DNA from: Phoronis australis
Lineage: Eukaryota > Animalia > Phoronida
DNA: 64,000 bases
Direction of reading: 5' to 3'
NCBI GenBank assembly: GCA_002633005.1
Contig: NMRA01000124.1
Span: 699,814 to 763,813, forward strand
In this document: in pieces, positions 1 through 40,800 of the stretch
How positions within the stretch are numbered: the first letter of the stretch is position 1
How the letters are laid out: every line of letters begins with the position of its first letter
Translations under genes and position numbers: made by a program
The notes under the pieces: generated by a model
Told to the model about the DNA's origin: nothing
Seen by the model: the letters and a program-made list of their open reading frames with translations, nothing else
Databases searched by the model: none

Positions 1-631
1 GTATCAAATTCCGTTTCTTATGCAATTCAAACCAAAACGATGCCGAAATAATATATTTCCTGACGGTTTATTGAACTAAAAACTATTCCGACGACATACC
101 GGGTAATATCCACAAAAACAATGGCTGGCCTTATTTCACATCTCGATTTTTTCTGACGCGTCGCCGGCGAAATTAAATCAACTCAAAACAGGGATGCCCC
201 ACGGGCTAAAAACAATAACATTTAATTTATGACATGCCCACGTGCAGGGGATAGCTGCTTAGGCCTACAAGTAGTTTAAGGTAATGCACCTCTATGTGAA
301 ACAACTGAGTAAAGAAAATCCCAGGGAAACATTATTTCACACATAGGCGAATGGGCCAAAACAAGCGCAATAGGATAAGCAGATTATGAGCGCACATCTA
401 ATTGACCGCGCTGTTCGCGACACATAACGAATAATTCTTTGATTTCTAGATTTCTTGTGTGCTTACGCCCAAGCGCGCCGAATGATGAAAATCAGTGTGG
501 TAAAAGTTAAGCTTTCTCGTGTGATTTTTTTAAAGAAGGCAAATACGACGTCCGACGGCAAGGCAGCCAGACGATTACAACAGGCGTTCACAAAGTCGTC
601 CTATCTGTTACGAGTATTTAGCATAACATTA

Positions 632-755
632 CATAGGGGGCATCATAGCCCCCCACTTTTTTCAGTGCTACGCCGCACGTGGTCTATAGGCGGTGCATCA
701 CAGGGGGCTGAAGGGGCTTTAGCCCCCCACTTTTTTCGGTGCTGAGCCGCCCATG
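632..755. mobile_element. GC-rich MITE, copy 1 of a family with 5-bp TSD
   Basis: Flanked by CATTA (627-631 and 756-760); internal sequence aligns by eye with 6684-6797; right end GCCGCCCATG. Confidence 0.7.
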
Positions 756-1679
756 CATTAATGTGCAAAAGGTAAATATTCTGGCCAGTCATGTATTATC
801 ACCATGAACGGCAGCACCTAACCACAAACCACATCATTGGAATGATAGCTTCTCACGGTAAGAAAGTTAATCTGCTGTCTGATTTGCGGACGGATGATAA
901 GAAGGCAGAGCATGCGCACATGTTTGACGAGCGTACACATGGGAACTATTTTTCAGGCGGTAAATCTACCTTATCAGTCAGACGGCATGTGAACATAACA
1001 TTATTCAGAGAAGAATGACGGTTTGGAAATCTACCCTTAAAATACTTGCATAACGTATTGCTGTCCATTCTGTACTGTTTAGCACTGTTTTGTAATTTTG
1101 GAATTGCAAATATACATGGCACCGTCTGCCATTCCACTATAGCAGACGACACACGATGAGAATACGACTAAACTGCATGGGAAAAGGTTAAGAGGGAGAA
1201 AAAAGCTTGATTAAAATGGACGAGTGTAGTTGATTTTAGAGTAGTTCTTTGTTAACCAAATTTGTTTTCTCAGTTTTTCGGAAAGGTACGAGTTTATTCA
1301 GTTAGACACTTCATTTTTGTCACAATAGAAGTAGTGGCGTATTGCATTGCACATGCAGTTTACAACTGGCAACCCATTTTTTAAATTCTGGCAGTTTATA
1401 CAATGCAAGTTCTTTTCATGGACATATTTATACATAGACACTCGCGAGAATTATCAACAACGTTCAAAAGTAAACCATTGCATTCTTCAATGGCAAATTA
1501 GGGAGTTTCGGCCACAAGCAAACGCTGTTTGACTAATCAAAAGTCACAGGTTCGCACTCGCGCATAAATTGTCCCCCACCTTTTTGTTTGGACTCGGCGT
1601 TAACAAACAGGGTTGTACGGAAAATCCCACCATCAAAGCTAGTGAACTTGAACTTGAAAGGGAATGTTCAGGTAATATA

Positions 1680-1829
1680 CAGTGGCGGATTTAGAGGGGG
1701 CTATGGCACCCACTCAATAAAATTCTCCCAGATTCCATATGGCAGTTCGGGGTGCGAATGTCAGACGGGCAAAATCCTGGCTAATACTCTGCCCTGCCCC
1801 CCCAACTCAAAATCCTGGATCCGCCCCTG
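1680..1829. mobile_element. MITE with CAG(T/G)GGCGGAT terminal inverted repeats
   Basis: Left end CAGTGGCGGATTTAG, right end CTGGATCCGCCCCTG; flanks ATATA/ATCTA (4/5 match). Decayed relatives near 46182-46320 and 56875-56905. Confidence 0.7.
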
Positions 1830-3213
1830 ATCTATTTATTCTCCAAAGTAAGTATTTTGCTATTCTAGAGACATGAAGCAATTTTCAAGTGATTGTGTTA
1901 GAAGTCGAGCAGAACTTAGTGCACATCAGTGTATCAGTGAACAAAGACATCAGGAAATAAATCCTTCCAACCCTCTTTGAATTAGCTGACCCAGACAACT
2001 GCCATGGGCATCCGTCTCCACCCCATCCTAAGCCGCTTTCATAAACACCCTCAACGTATGTTCACTGTCGGGCCCCAGCAACAACGTAAACCATGTTTGA
2101 TGGTGATGTCGGTGGTTCCCACGATCCTTATGGCGGTATAAATGGCGATTACCGGTGTGATAACTTTTTGGCAACCGCCGGACGCCGGTGAAGGGGGTGT
2201 AGTTGACAATTGCCGGGATGACATCGCGCTTTCTTCCGCTCCGAGTAATTATGATCAATCCTAAGTATAAATTCTAAAGCTGCAATTGTTTTTTTTTTCA
2301 TAGGAAAAGTTAACTTGGAATAATGCAAAAGCAGCTTTAATTGTTTGGTAATTTACAAATTTCCGTTATACGTCTTGTCCCAAATTTCTGTTAGCAAATC
2401 ATTTAAACTGCTACATTTTTTTCTAGCTCACCAGTCTCACTCACTGCTGCATGGGCTTTCTCAGTACATGACTAAGGCAAGTGCGACGAATGAGCTAATC
2501 TGCATCACAGGCACTTGAGTTTATCTGTTCCTCGATCGCAAATGACGTCACTCACTATTAAGAAAACATATGTTTATGAGAAATAGGGAAATTCGAGCGC
2601 CTTTGATCTGCATCATCTCCTGGATATCTTAAAATCTCTATAACTAGCAGTGATAAGTTCCACAATTTCAGTGCCATGTACATGCACGTACGTGTGAGCT
2701 GAATCAACGCGACAATGTAGATCAACAGTGTGACGACGTAAACAAAAATGCTGCCTTACAGACCTTGGCGTTTGCGTTTGAACGCGGTAATATCAGCAGG
2801 ATATGGGAACAAATACAGGAGGCGGGGGTGATCTGGCAATACGTGTCGATTCAGTATATCAAATGACTGTCACTATGCACGGCAAAAGCGACCAAAGACA
2901 GTTCAGTTTTCGTTCTACTATAACCATTACTTTAATTGGCAAGATAGCGTTTTGAAAACTCTCAAACGGGAGATACTTTTTATGTGATTTATAGGCAAAA
3001 CTTTGTTCAGTGGTGACGAGGGATAGAGAGAGATTAGTGGGACACAGTCTAGGACTTTAATGTCAGGGATTTAGATGGCAAAAAGGTGAAGAGAAAAAAT
3101 TGGTGACCAGACGTGGCGACCGATGGTTGACTGGGAAAGACAGAGAGAATGGAAAGACTTGTATGGGGTGAGAGGCATCTAGTGTGAACCCCCCCCGACC
3201 TGTGACAACTTAC

Positions 3214-3459
3214 CCTTAAATGATCGAGTTCTGCGGTGCTAAAATAAGATCCTTTCCTCTCTTTTTCTGTCCCAGCGTAATTGATGGAGAATGCTGACGC
3301 AGCGAGTCCCACATGCAGACTGGACGCGGAGCTCAGTCGGTGTCTATGAGAAATGGGTCGGAGTTTTTGGCTGCTGACAGACGCCGTCGAGTGGATCCTT
3401 TCTCTCTCCACCGGCTCCAACTGTCCCGCTGAAGACCTCTTCCCGTTTTGACTAGCCAT
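3214..3459 (-). CDS. Probable first coding exon of an unidentified gene continuing leftward (MASQNGKRSS...STAELDHLR, 82 aa)
   Basis: ATG at 3459 in GACATGG context, Ser/Arg-rich open frame ending at a canonical donor AGG|GTAAGT (3213-3208), phase 0; product not recognised and no downstream exon found in the window. Confidence 0.5.
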
Positions 3460-4439
3460 GTCTAAGATACAGCCCGAGACAGTAGTTCATACAGTTACCT
3501 GCTCGCAACTGCGAGTACCTCCTCAAAGACAGGGGGTTTTGTAAAAGCAGTTATCACGCTTTCGTCAATTCAACGACACGACCAATAGATGAGTTGAATT
3601 TTCAAATCGTGATCCCGCGTCATACACGGTTGTTAGTGTTTCAAAACACCTGTCTGGTGACTAAATGAGCGTATGAGACACGAGACAGTCGTTCTAGTGG
3701 TCGTCGAACTCGACTACTTCAGCCCAACAGGTAGCCTCCCTTTTATGCACCTGTACTGCCACCGAGTCGAGTTTACAGGTATCCTTCAAGAGTTACACTG
3801 AGCAAATATCGGGCTGATAATATTCCCATGACGAACAAAAGCCATCCCTTGGCCAAATGCGACTGCTCAGCTGATTTTTGCCCCCGCCTTATCTTTGCCT
3901 ACCTGCTCAAGGCGATAATGTCACCATAATCTGACTGATTCATCATCGTCGGCCATAGTCTCCAGAAAGCACGCGTAAAACACATGCAAACGGGGCGCGG
4001 TTTTTGTTCGTCTCCATGTTTTTTATATCTTGTCCTCATTCAACACATTTTATTTTGTTCGTGTATTAGTTTGTCTTTTCATTTATTATCGTGTCTTATC
4101 TTTTCTGTCTTTCATTTATATTTGTATAGCGTGTATCATAGCCTAATAAAGTCATCCAATCCGGCTGCATGCTGTTGAGGTCCTCATACTTTCGTCGAAT
4201 ACCAGCAGTGATTGCGGTGCGATCACAAACATCAACCAGACTTTATCTCCCCAAAATCATATTTTTGTTCCTCACAAAATTTACCGGTCACAACTGGTAC
4301 CAGTACTCCGAGCCAATACATTAGCATTAAAAATATAGGTATAATTAACCAACATAAATAGTGCACTGCCGCCAGGGGTGGGTGTAGCATCGTTAGCGAT
4401 CGACTTAGGCAAAAGTGGTGACACCCGGAGGGAACCTAC

Positions 4440-4472
4440 GTTACACAACTGTTTGTCGTGAGAGGAACCCAT
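4440..4472 (-). CDS. Possible alternative first exon (MGSSHDKQLCN) of the same unidentified gene
   Basis: ATG at 4472, 11 codons, donor AAC|GTAGGT, phase 0 like the 3214-3459 exon. Very short, so it could be chance. Confidence 0.25.
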
Positions 4473-6683
4473 TGCTGACCCAGCTTCATGCCCCCAAAAT
4501 ATAGAACCACCATCTTACCATCCACGACCCGGGTTCTAATCGCCGAACTCGAAATCCAAATCATTTCAACAGCACTGTACAACCTAAAGCCGCGTTTCGC
4601 AGTATAACTAGTTAAAAACTCGACCAATTAGGCTTTCCACTCTCATGAAATCGGTTTCACAAGATTTCATACTGTGATACTTGCGTGACCAGAGACAACA
4701 ACTTAAGAAACTCTTCGATATTTATTGGAGTTGACGGACCCTAAAATTGTGAAATCGAAAATGGAGCATGCCACGCATTACCCGACTTCCGGCAGACTGG
4801 AACTGGTGCGGGAAATAGAGCCCTATCACGCTAAGAAATGTTACGAAACCGGTTTTATGGGTAAAGAAAGGGCTAATTCAGTCGAATTTCGTGTTTCAGC
4901 TACCGAAAGAGGGCGACATGTATCTTAAACAGTGGACTCTATGTTACCTTATAGTATACTCGAGTACTGGTGCTTACACCGCCTTGATGAGCTTCTAATC
5001 CAGGTTGGTACTTGGTGACCCCTAGATTCGCGCTACAACTCAAGTTCACAAACTTAACTCCTGATTTCGATTGGAATTTATAGTTTTCATGGTGGTATCA
5101 TCAAATGGGTAACAGGATTAAACATTCCGTCACGTGAACCGTGATGTCACCAAGCCTGGACACTTAAAGCTACATGATTTCGCATGTCAGTAAGCCAAAG
5201 AACGACTTTCAAATTAAGGCTTTGATTCTCATAAAATCGACCTCGTAACATCTTTTTACCATAGGATTTCATTTCCTTTACCAACTCGAGAAAACGCTTC
5301 AGATTAGCCTACATTGGGGCTGCCCAATCCTAAAATTGCGAATTCGAAAATGGCGCATCCACGCCTGCCTGAGATTAGAGTTTAGAGTCGATAACGGAAA
5401 TTGCAGTTTTATCACGGTAACGATATTAGCAGACTGGATTTATGGGAGTAAAATGCCAGATTCGATTTCCGTTTTCAGCCTGCTAAACAAGACGAAAAAG
5501 TGCAGCTTTAACTTCAAACCAAAACGTCAAATGATGCACATTTGGCACTACCTTGTTCGCCCCTGCGCATTATAGCGGAGTCAGTATTTCAATAAGTAGA
5601 AAAACTCGACCGGGATGAAATGCTCGGCGACCTGGCAGCGCTTCCCGCAATGAACTAGGAAGCCATGCGCACAGTAGAAATGAGGAGACCGAGGAGAGAC
5701 CATTTTGCAATGAACGTTGTGACATCCCCCCACACCTCTCTCGCGAGTGCCGTGGGTCTATTTGGTTTTGTCTCCTGGTCCTGGAAATGTCACCAGTCCG
5801 AGCCCTGAAGTTGTTTGCGGAAAACTCCGGTAGATGTGAATTAAACAGGTAAATCGTTTGATAGTCAATAAACACTGACAGTGAGCTCAAGTCAAAGATT
5901 TGGCCCGAATTGAAGACAGTTTAACGGTGGGATTATAAAGACGCAATAGTCCAGATACTAATAAAACCATCGTAGACGCATAAATTAACAGTAAGTCTAC
6001 GATGGAAAATAAGACCACAACCAATACAATCCAAATATAACTGGCTTCAAAATCTGTAAATGGAAAAAAGCACGACTGATCCTTCGACTCGCCATATCTA
6101 CTCCAAACCACAGTTATTCATTGACAAACACCATTTCAAGGGTTGGGAACCATTCGCTAGTGTTGAAGTGTTACAAAACACCACTTACACCCCTGTATAC
6201 ATTTCCCAAAGTCGACAGAAATGCTCCAATCTATTCGACTGGATTTCATTTGCACCAAAGATATATTTTCTAGTGCATAAAACCTCGTTGTGCTTCCAAG
6301 GCACACAACAGACTACAGGTGTTGACAATGTTACGGATAACTACGTAATAAAGTAAGCCCGATCGCCGTCTGGCGGGATAGTGGATTTCAATATGGCGAT
6401 ATTCAACTATTCAAAATGCGTTCTACGATTACGTCGGGCCTTATAAAAGCATGGCCTTTAAAGCGTCATGTTTGAAATTGGATGATTTTATATGTAATTT
6501 TTTCAAATCACAGTAAAATCTCATGATAAATTAAATACAAAATACGACCTTCCAGTGCCAAAGTTTTCTCATTTTTCGCATAACTCGCACAAAACTAATG
6601 CTTATCCAATCTCTGCATGACACACCATCAGACATTTTGAAAATCTGTAGGCATTTCAACAATCATTATGTTAGATGCCTTTG

Positions 6684-6797
6684 CATGGGCGGCGCACTTT
6701 TCTCAGTGCTACTTCGCTAATGGTCTATAAGCGATGCACCACAGGGGGCCGAGAGGGCTTTAGCCCCTCCATTTTTTGCAGTGCTGCGCCGCCCATG
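6684..6797. mobile_element. GC-rich MITE, copy 2 of a family with 5-bp TSD
   Basis: 13-bp TIRs CATGGGCGGCGCA / TGCGCCGCCCATG; exact TSD CTTTG (6679-6683 and 6798-6802). Confidence 0.8.
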
Positions 6798-7373
6798 CTT
6801 TGAAATATTAAAAAGTTCCGTCTTGGATTTTTTTCTTCCGAATTCAATATTTTAAGGTAATCTTAAAGAAAATTCGTGTCATTTCCGATACTGGATAACT
6901 CAACAACCTTCTCACGTGAAAATCAACTCTTCCACGCGCTATTCAGCTCCCCCACGTGCTACTCAGCTCCCCCAAGGATTCACGACTATGTTCCGCGCTC
7001 AAGCAACGGGTCAAGTTTGGGATAAGCTTGCACAACCCTGGGAATTATCAATATGATTGATATGATATCTACTTTGCATAGGGTATCTTTAACAGTAATT
7101 TATTGATACTTTCAGAAATGTCCATATGGAAATCAATAGGTAGGAATTTTTAGAGGCCCCTCTCGCCAATGTACCATGGGACACGCCAACATTTTGTAAC
7201 TAGCAGAGAACAATTTATGGCAGCAATTTAACCTCATTTAGATGTGATAAGCTCTTCACTACAGTTCATGGAGTCGAATTTGCTTATGACCCACAAGACA
7301 AATGGTACATTTTACGAACATTGTCTTGATCACTATACAAATGTGATATTTAAGAACACATCTGTAGTCTTAA

Positions 7374-7659
7374 AGGGACACTTAACGCAAGATGAGTAAT
7401 TCCACAGAAATTAGCCCTGTATCCAACACACAAGATTTGCAATAGTATTTCAAACTTTTTTAAATGGTGAAAGACACCGGTTTTCATTTCAGCAAATGTC
7501 TAGTAGAAAATGTTGCGAATGGGTCATTCGCAATAAAATTACAAAAGCAAAACGGATTTTGTCGTTTCATAGCTCTTGTTACAGCTGACAACTTCCAGAA
7601 GTCTACCTCATCCAACAATCCCAAAAATGCCATTTTGGGCTAAAACCAATAATGTCCCT
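7374..7659. mobile_element. Kolobok-like MITE (AGGGACA termini at TTAA)
   Basis: TTAA|AGGGACA ... TGTCCCT|TAA; 7540-7659 is the reverse complement of 19820-19940. Confidence 0.65.
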
Positions 7660-7791
7660 TAACTATTGATTGAAAGCACAGCTTCACATGGAGGCTCATA
7701 GGCCAACTTACGCCTATATGTATGAAGAATATGAAGGCGATTTACATTGAATAACAATCAAAAACAAAATCAATTAAATTTAGCATTCAAC

Positions 7792-7797
7792 TTTATT
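7792..7797 (-). promoter_or_regulatory. Putative USP47 polyadenylation signal AATAAA
   Basis: TTTATT on the plus strand about 445 nt past the USP47 stop; a second candidate lies at 8007-8012. Confidence 0.5.
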
Positions 7798-8241
7798 TTG
7801 GCTAAAAAGGAAAAATTGTCCATAAAGAATTCAATAGTGAGTTGCACATTTTCAACATTGTGTTTGTTTGTGTGAGCAGATAGAAGACCTATCTACAAAA
7901 TAACACTAAGTCTCAACAGTCTCAATGTTCTCAACAATATGTTTCTCATGCACTACAGATTCTGTTGTTCAGTCCCTTTACTGACATTATTAAACACGTG
8001 AAAACATTTATTACAGCAAGTCTGATAAGGCTCGCATGCAACCTGTCCATGAATAAGTGATAGAGGTGATGCAACGTTAGTTATGTACATTATATTTAAT
8101 ATACAACAAACAAGCAATCCCAGAATGCTTTAGCAATACATTTCTTTGTGACAACTTCTGGGACTCATCTAATGATAACAATTTAACAACCAGTGATGTA
8201 AACCTACTAAACCGTGCGGCGTCGAGCCCGTCACATGACGT

Positions 8242-37692
<29,451 letters not shown>

Positions 37693-37836
37693 TTTCTGTG
37701 AAATTAATCACAAATTTTCCCAAAGTGTTTTCACAATACCATCCATTCTTATCGTGTTGCACATGCGCGTACAAAACTTCCTGAAGACGAAACTTCGCGA
37801 GACTTCGATCTTTCTGAACACGATCGGCTCGCCAAA
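37693..37836. promoter_or_regulatory. Compact bidirectional promoter and 5' UTR region shared by USP47 and RPL10A
   Basis: 144 nt between divergent ATGs; contains NRF1-like GCACATGCGC, ETS-like ACTTCCTG, near-palindromic TTCGCGAGA and a TCT initiator. Confidence 0.7.
37809..37815 (+). promoter_or_regulatory. TCT initiator / 5'TOP start of RPL10A
   Basis: TCTTTCT matches YC(+1)TYTYY, with +1 at 37810, 27 nt upstream of the ATG; expected for ribosomal protein genes. Confidence 0.65.
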
Positions 37837-40800
37837 ATGAGGTGCGATTCTGCAGCAGTTTAGTAATCCGAATAATCCTGTATTCTCATGTTGTATTTTC
37901 GAAAGAAATCAAGTCCTTTAACAAAACAGTTATTGTTGGCCAGAATAAGTTTGTAATTTAGTTGTTTTGGTTTATTCTCAGCTATATTTGAGCAACATTT
38001 TTCTCGCATTTTTTGTACTCTGGCTTTCGTTACCACTGGTTTGGCATTTTTTCCCCGCTTTCTGCTCTATGATGTTTAACAATGCATGGTTTAACATTAA
38101 CATCATTGATGACACCACAAACAACTGAGAGTAGAACGCGAAAGCTGGAGGTGGCACCTTTTGTTTGCGCTGTTGCTGCTGTTTTTTTTTTTAATTATCA
38201 GGCCCATCGCTTTCTGTACGAATTTCGTCCCGTGTATTTCATACGGGCGGTTGGTCAAATCCGGTCACCGATTAAAGAGTTTTTTCTCGTCAAAAATACA
38301 TTGCTCGCTTAAAACTATCACTTTAAAAGCACTTCCTTTCTTCAGTGGTCATTTCTACTTCTACACATATCTTCGACGAAGCTTAGTTACTAGATTAAAG
38401 GTGATTTAGGCGAAGAATTCCAACTCCACTGTTTTGGTCACCGTTAACTTTTTCACCATGTGCGCGAGAACCACAAAGTATTTCAACTGAGTCACATGAG
38501 TTAGATAAGGCAAGACGGAGCGACGCGCATGACGCTAGTGCGTCATACTTGCAAAATAGCATGGGAAGGTATCGGGTGAAATTTGTAAGATTGGAGTCCC
38601 TTGGACTTTTTATTTATCAACATGCGTGATTTCACGTAACTTCCTCAAAATGGCACCCGGTAAAAAAACTAGCAAACTACGACATATTTTCATCGATTTG
38701 TTCAAATTATCTTGACTGAATTGTCTCTACATTTATGGTATTAGTGTTAGTTATAACTCCATGTGCATATGTGCATGTTTCGTTTGATTTTATTTCCTGT
38801 ATGTTGAAATCCATAGCTTTTTGTGGGATGTACTGTTGCCCTTGTATGCCTGCGGCATCCACGTCGATGTAATTGCCTACTACTAGCACAGCCAGTTGAG
38901 ACGATGGAGCTTTTATAGGCACTTCCTACGACGGAAGCTTTTCGTTGAATTGTGCCTCGCACGGACTTAAACATCCAAGTCACGTTGTTACAAATACCTT
39001 TTGTGCACAGAGGGACACCATAGGAGGTCATCGATGTTTATTCCTTCCAACTTGAAATAACTCCCGTTATCAAACTTTTTCTTCGAGCAGTCCCTCTTTC
39101 AGTTCCCAAAATAGGCAACTCTCCATTTTTAACACTGCGCGCGGCAGGTGGTATGACGTCATATCCCCTGGCCTTGCTGGTGGTCTATTTCCTAACTTGG
39201 CACCTGAGGCTGACTTAGGCGACATATTCCAGCAAACCTATCTTGTGTGGGTGCACTGCAGTATTTTGTGTACATCTTATCTGATGAATACCTGGTAATC
39301 GTCCAATCCTATTTATGATTCTGTTTGTCTTTCCACAGTAAAGTAACACGTGACACTTTGAACGAGTCAGTGGCACAGCTCATGCAAAATGCTACTGACA
39401 AGAAACGGAAATTCACCGAGACGGTTGAACTGCAAATCTCGCTGAAGAACTACGACCCACAGAAGGACAAGCGTTTCAGCGGCACTGTCAAGTATGGTTA
39501 CCTGGCTACAGTGGCAGTAGATTAGTAAACCGTTGTAGTGCTTGTTAAAATAGGTTTCGACTGTCTCTTGTTTTTTCTTGCCAGCAGGTTCAACATGCTT
39601 ACACTACATTGCAAGGTGCTGTTGAAATTTTGTAATAGCTGAGTGCAAAATGAGAAAAGAGCCATTTGAATGACATTCCCTGGCATTTTGAAACCAAAAG
39701 CAACGAGTGGCAGCTTTCTGGTGAGACAAAAGTTTTCAATTTAATGAGATTACTACACAGTGAGCTAGTCTATTTCGTTTTCTGTTTGGTCTACTGCCAG
39801 TGTGACCCCAGGAAGTTAGCAGATCATTTGCTAACGGACCTGCACCCAGGGTCTTAAAACAACTGGGGAGGTCACAGCCTTGCTGTTACCGACAATACAA
39901 GACTCACACCCAGAGTCTCAGTTAAACAAGTGGGGAGGTCCTGAGATTCAGGGCCGACTTAGTTTGGCTACTAAGGTTGACCACATGCTGGATTGTAAGT
40001 TGGGCTGAATTTGTTGTGTTTAGTATTGATAGAGCAGAGCTGTTGCAGATAAGACCTGTTTCGTTAAGAAGTCCTTCGTTTGATATTGATATGATTAGAA
40101 TCTCTCTGAGGGCCTCGTATCCTTCATTTTATACATCAAGCATAGAGTTGTTCACAAGTGCAACATCTATGGACTTGAGGTAGACGTCAGTTTTGGTCCA
40201 TTTGTTTGAGGCGTGCCATGCTGTGTTATGATGTTGGTCTACCACACAGCTGTTACGAGAGTTGTGGTTGAACGGATAATTATGAAGTTGGGTAACGATT
40301 TCAAATAAGGTCCAACTTTTTGAAACGCTGTGTAGAGGTGCGCTGCATTTCTTGTTTTCGCAAGTAGCGCTGGGTATTCCAGCTAGTTAAGTGCTTGGTG
40401 CCAACATTGCACGTCTTGTTCTAACACAGGCTGAAGTTCATCCCTCGCAAGAAGTGCAACATCTGTGTGCTGGCCGATCAGCAACACATGGACGAGGCCA
40501 AGGCCAACAACATCCCCTGCATGGATGTGGAGGCACTGAAGAAGTTGAACAAGAACAAGAAACTGGTGAAGAAGCTGGGTATGTATAGTTTGCTGTCACT
40601 GGTCACGGCAGTTCTTGAGTTTCAAGTTTGTAGTGAAGGGATAATTTTGTTTGTAGCTGTAAGTTTATGCGACTGAGGATGAAGTTCGCTACCTCCGCGG
40701 CAGAAGTTGGGGAATGGACTCTGAATTGAATTGTTGGTTGTATACCTGGGCTGAGTTTCATAAAGCTTCAAAAGTTATCCGCTGGATAAGTTTGATTGTT

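Noticed and set aside
2028-2260. GC-rich minus-strand ORF as next exon of the unidentified gene
   Set aside because: The phase-0 reading after the TTAG acceptor hits TGA immediately, and no frame resembles a known protein.
37781-37810. CTGAAGA-C-GAAAC resembling a hammerhead core in the promoter
   Set aside because: No stem II between the boxes and no stem I; better explained as promoter motifs.
38824-39020. Hairpins ending in ACA in RPL10A intron 1 as an H/ACA snoRNA
   Set aside because: No properly placed H box and an irregular two-hairpin layout; unsupported without a covariance search.
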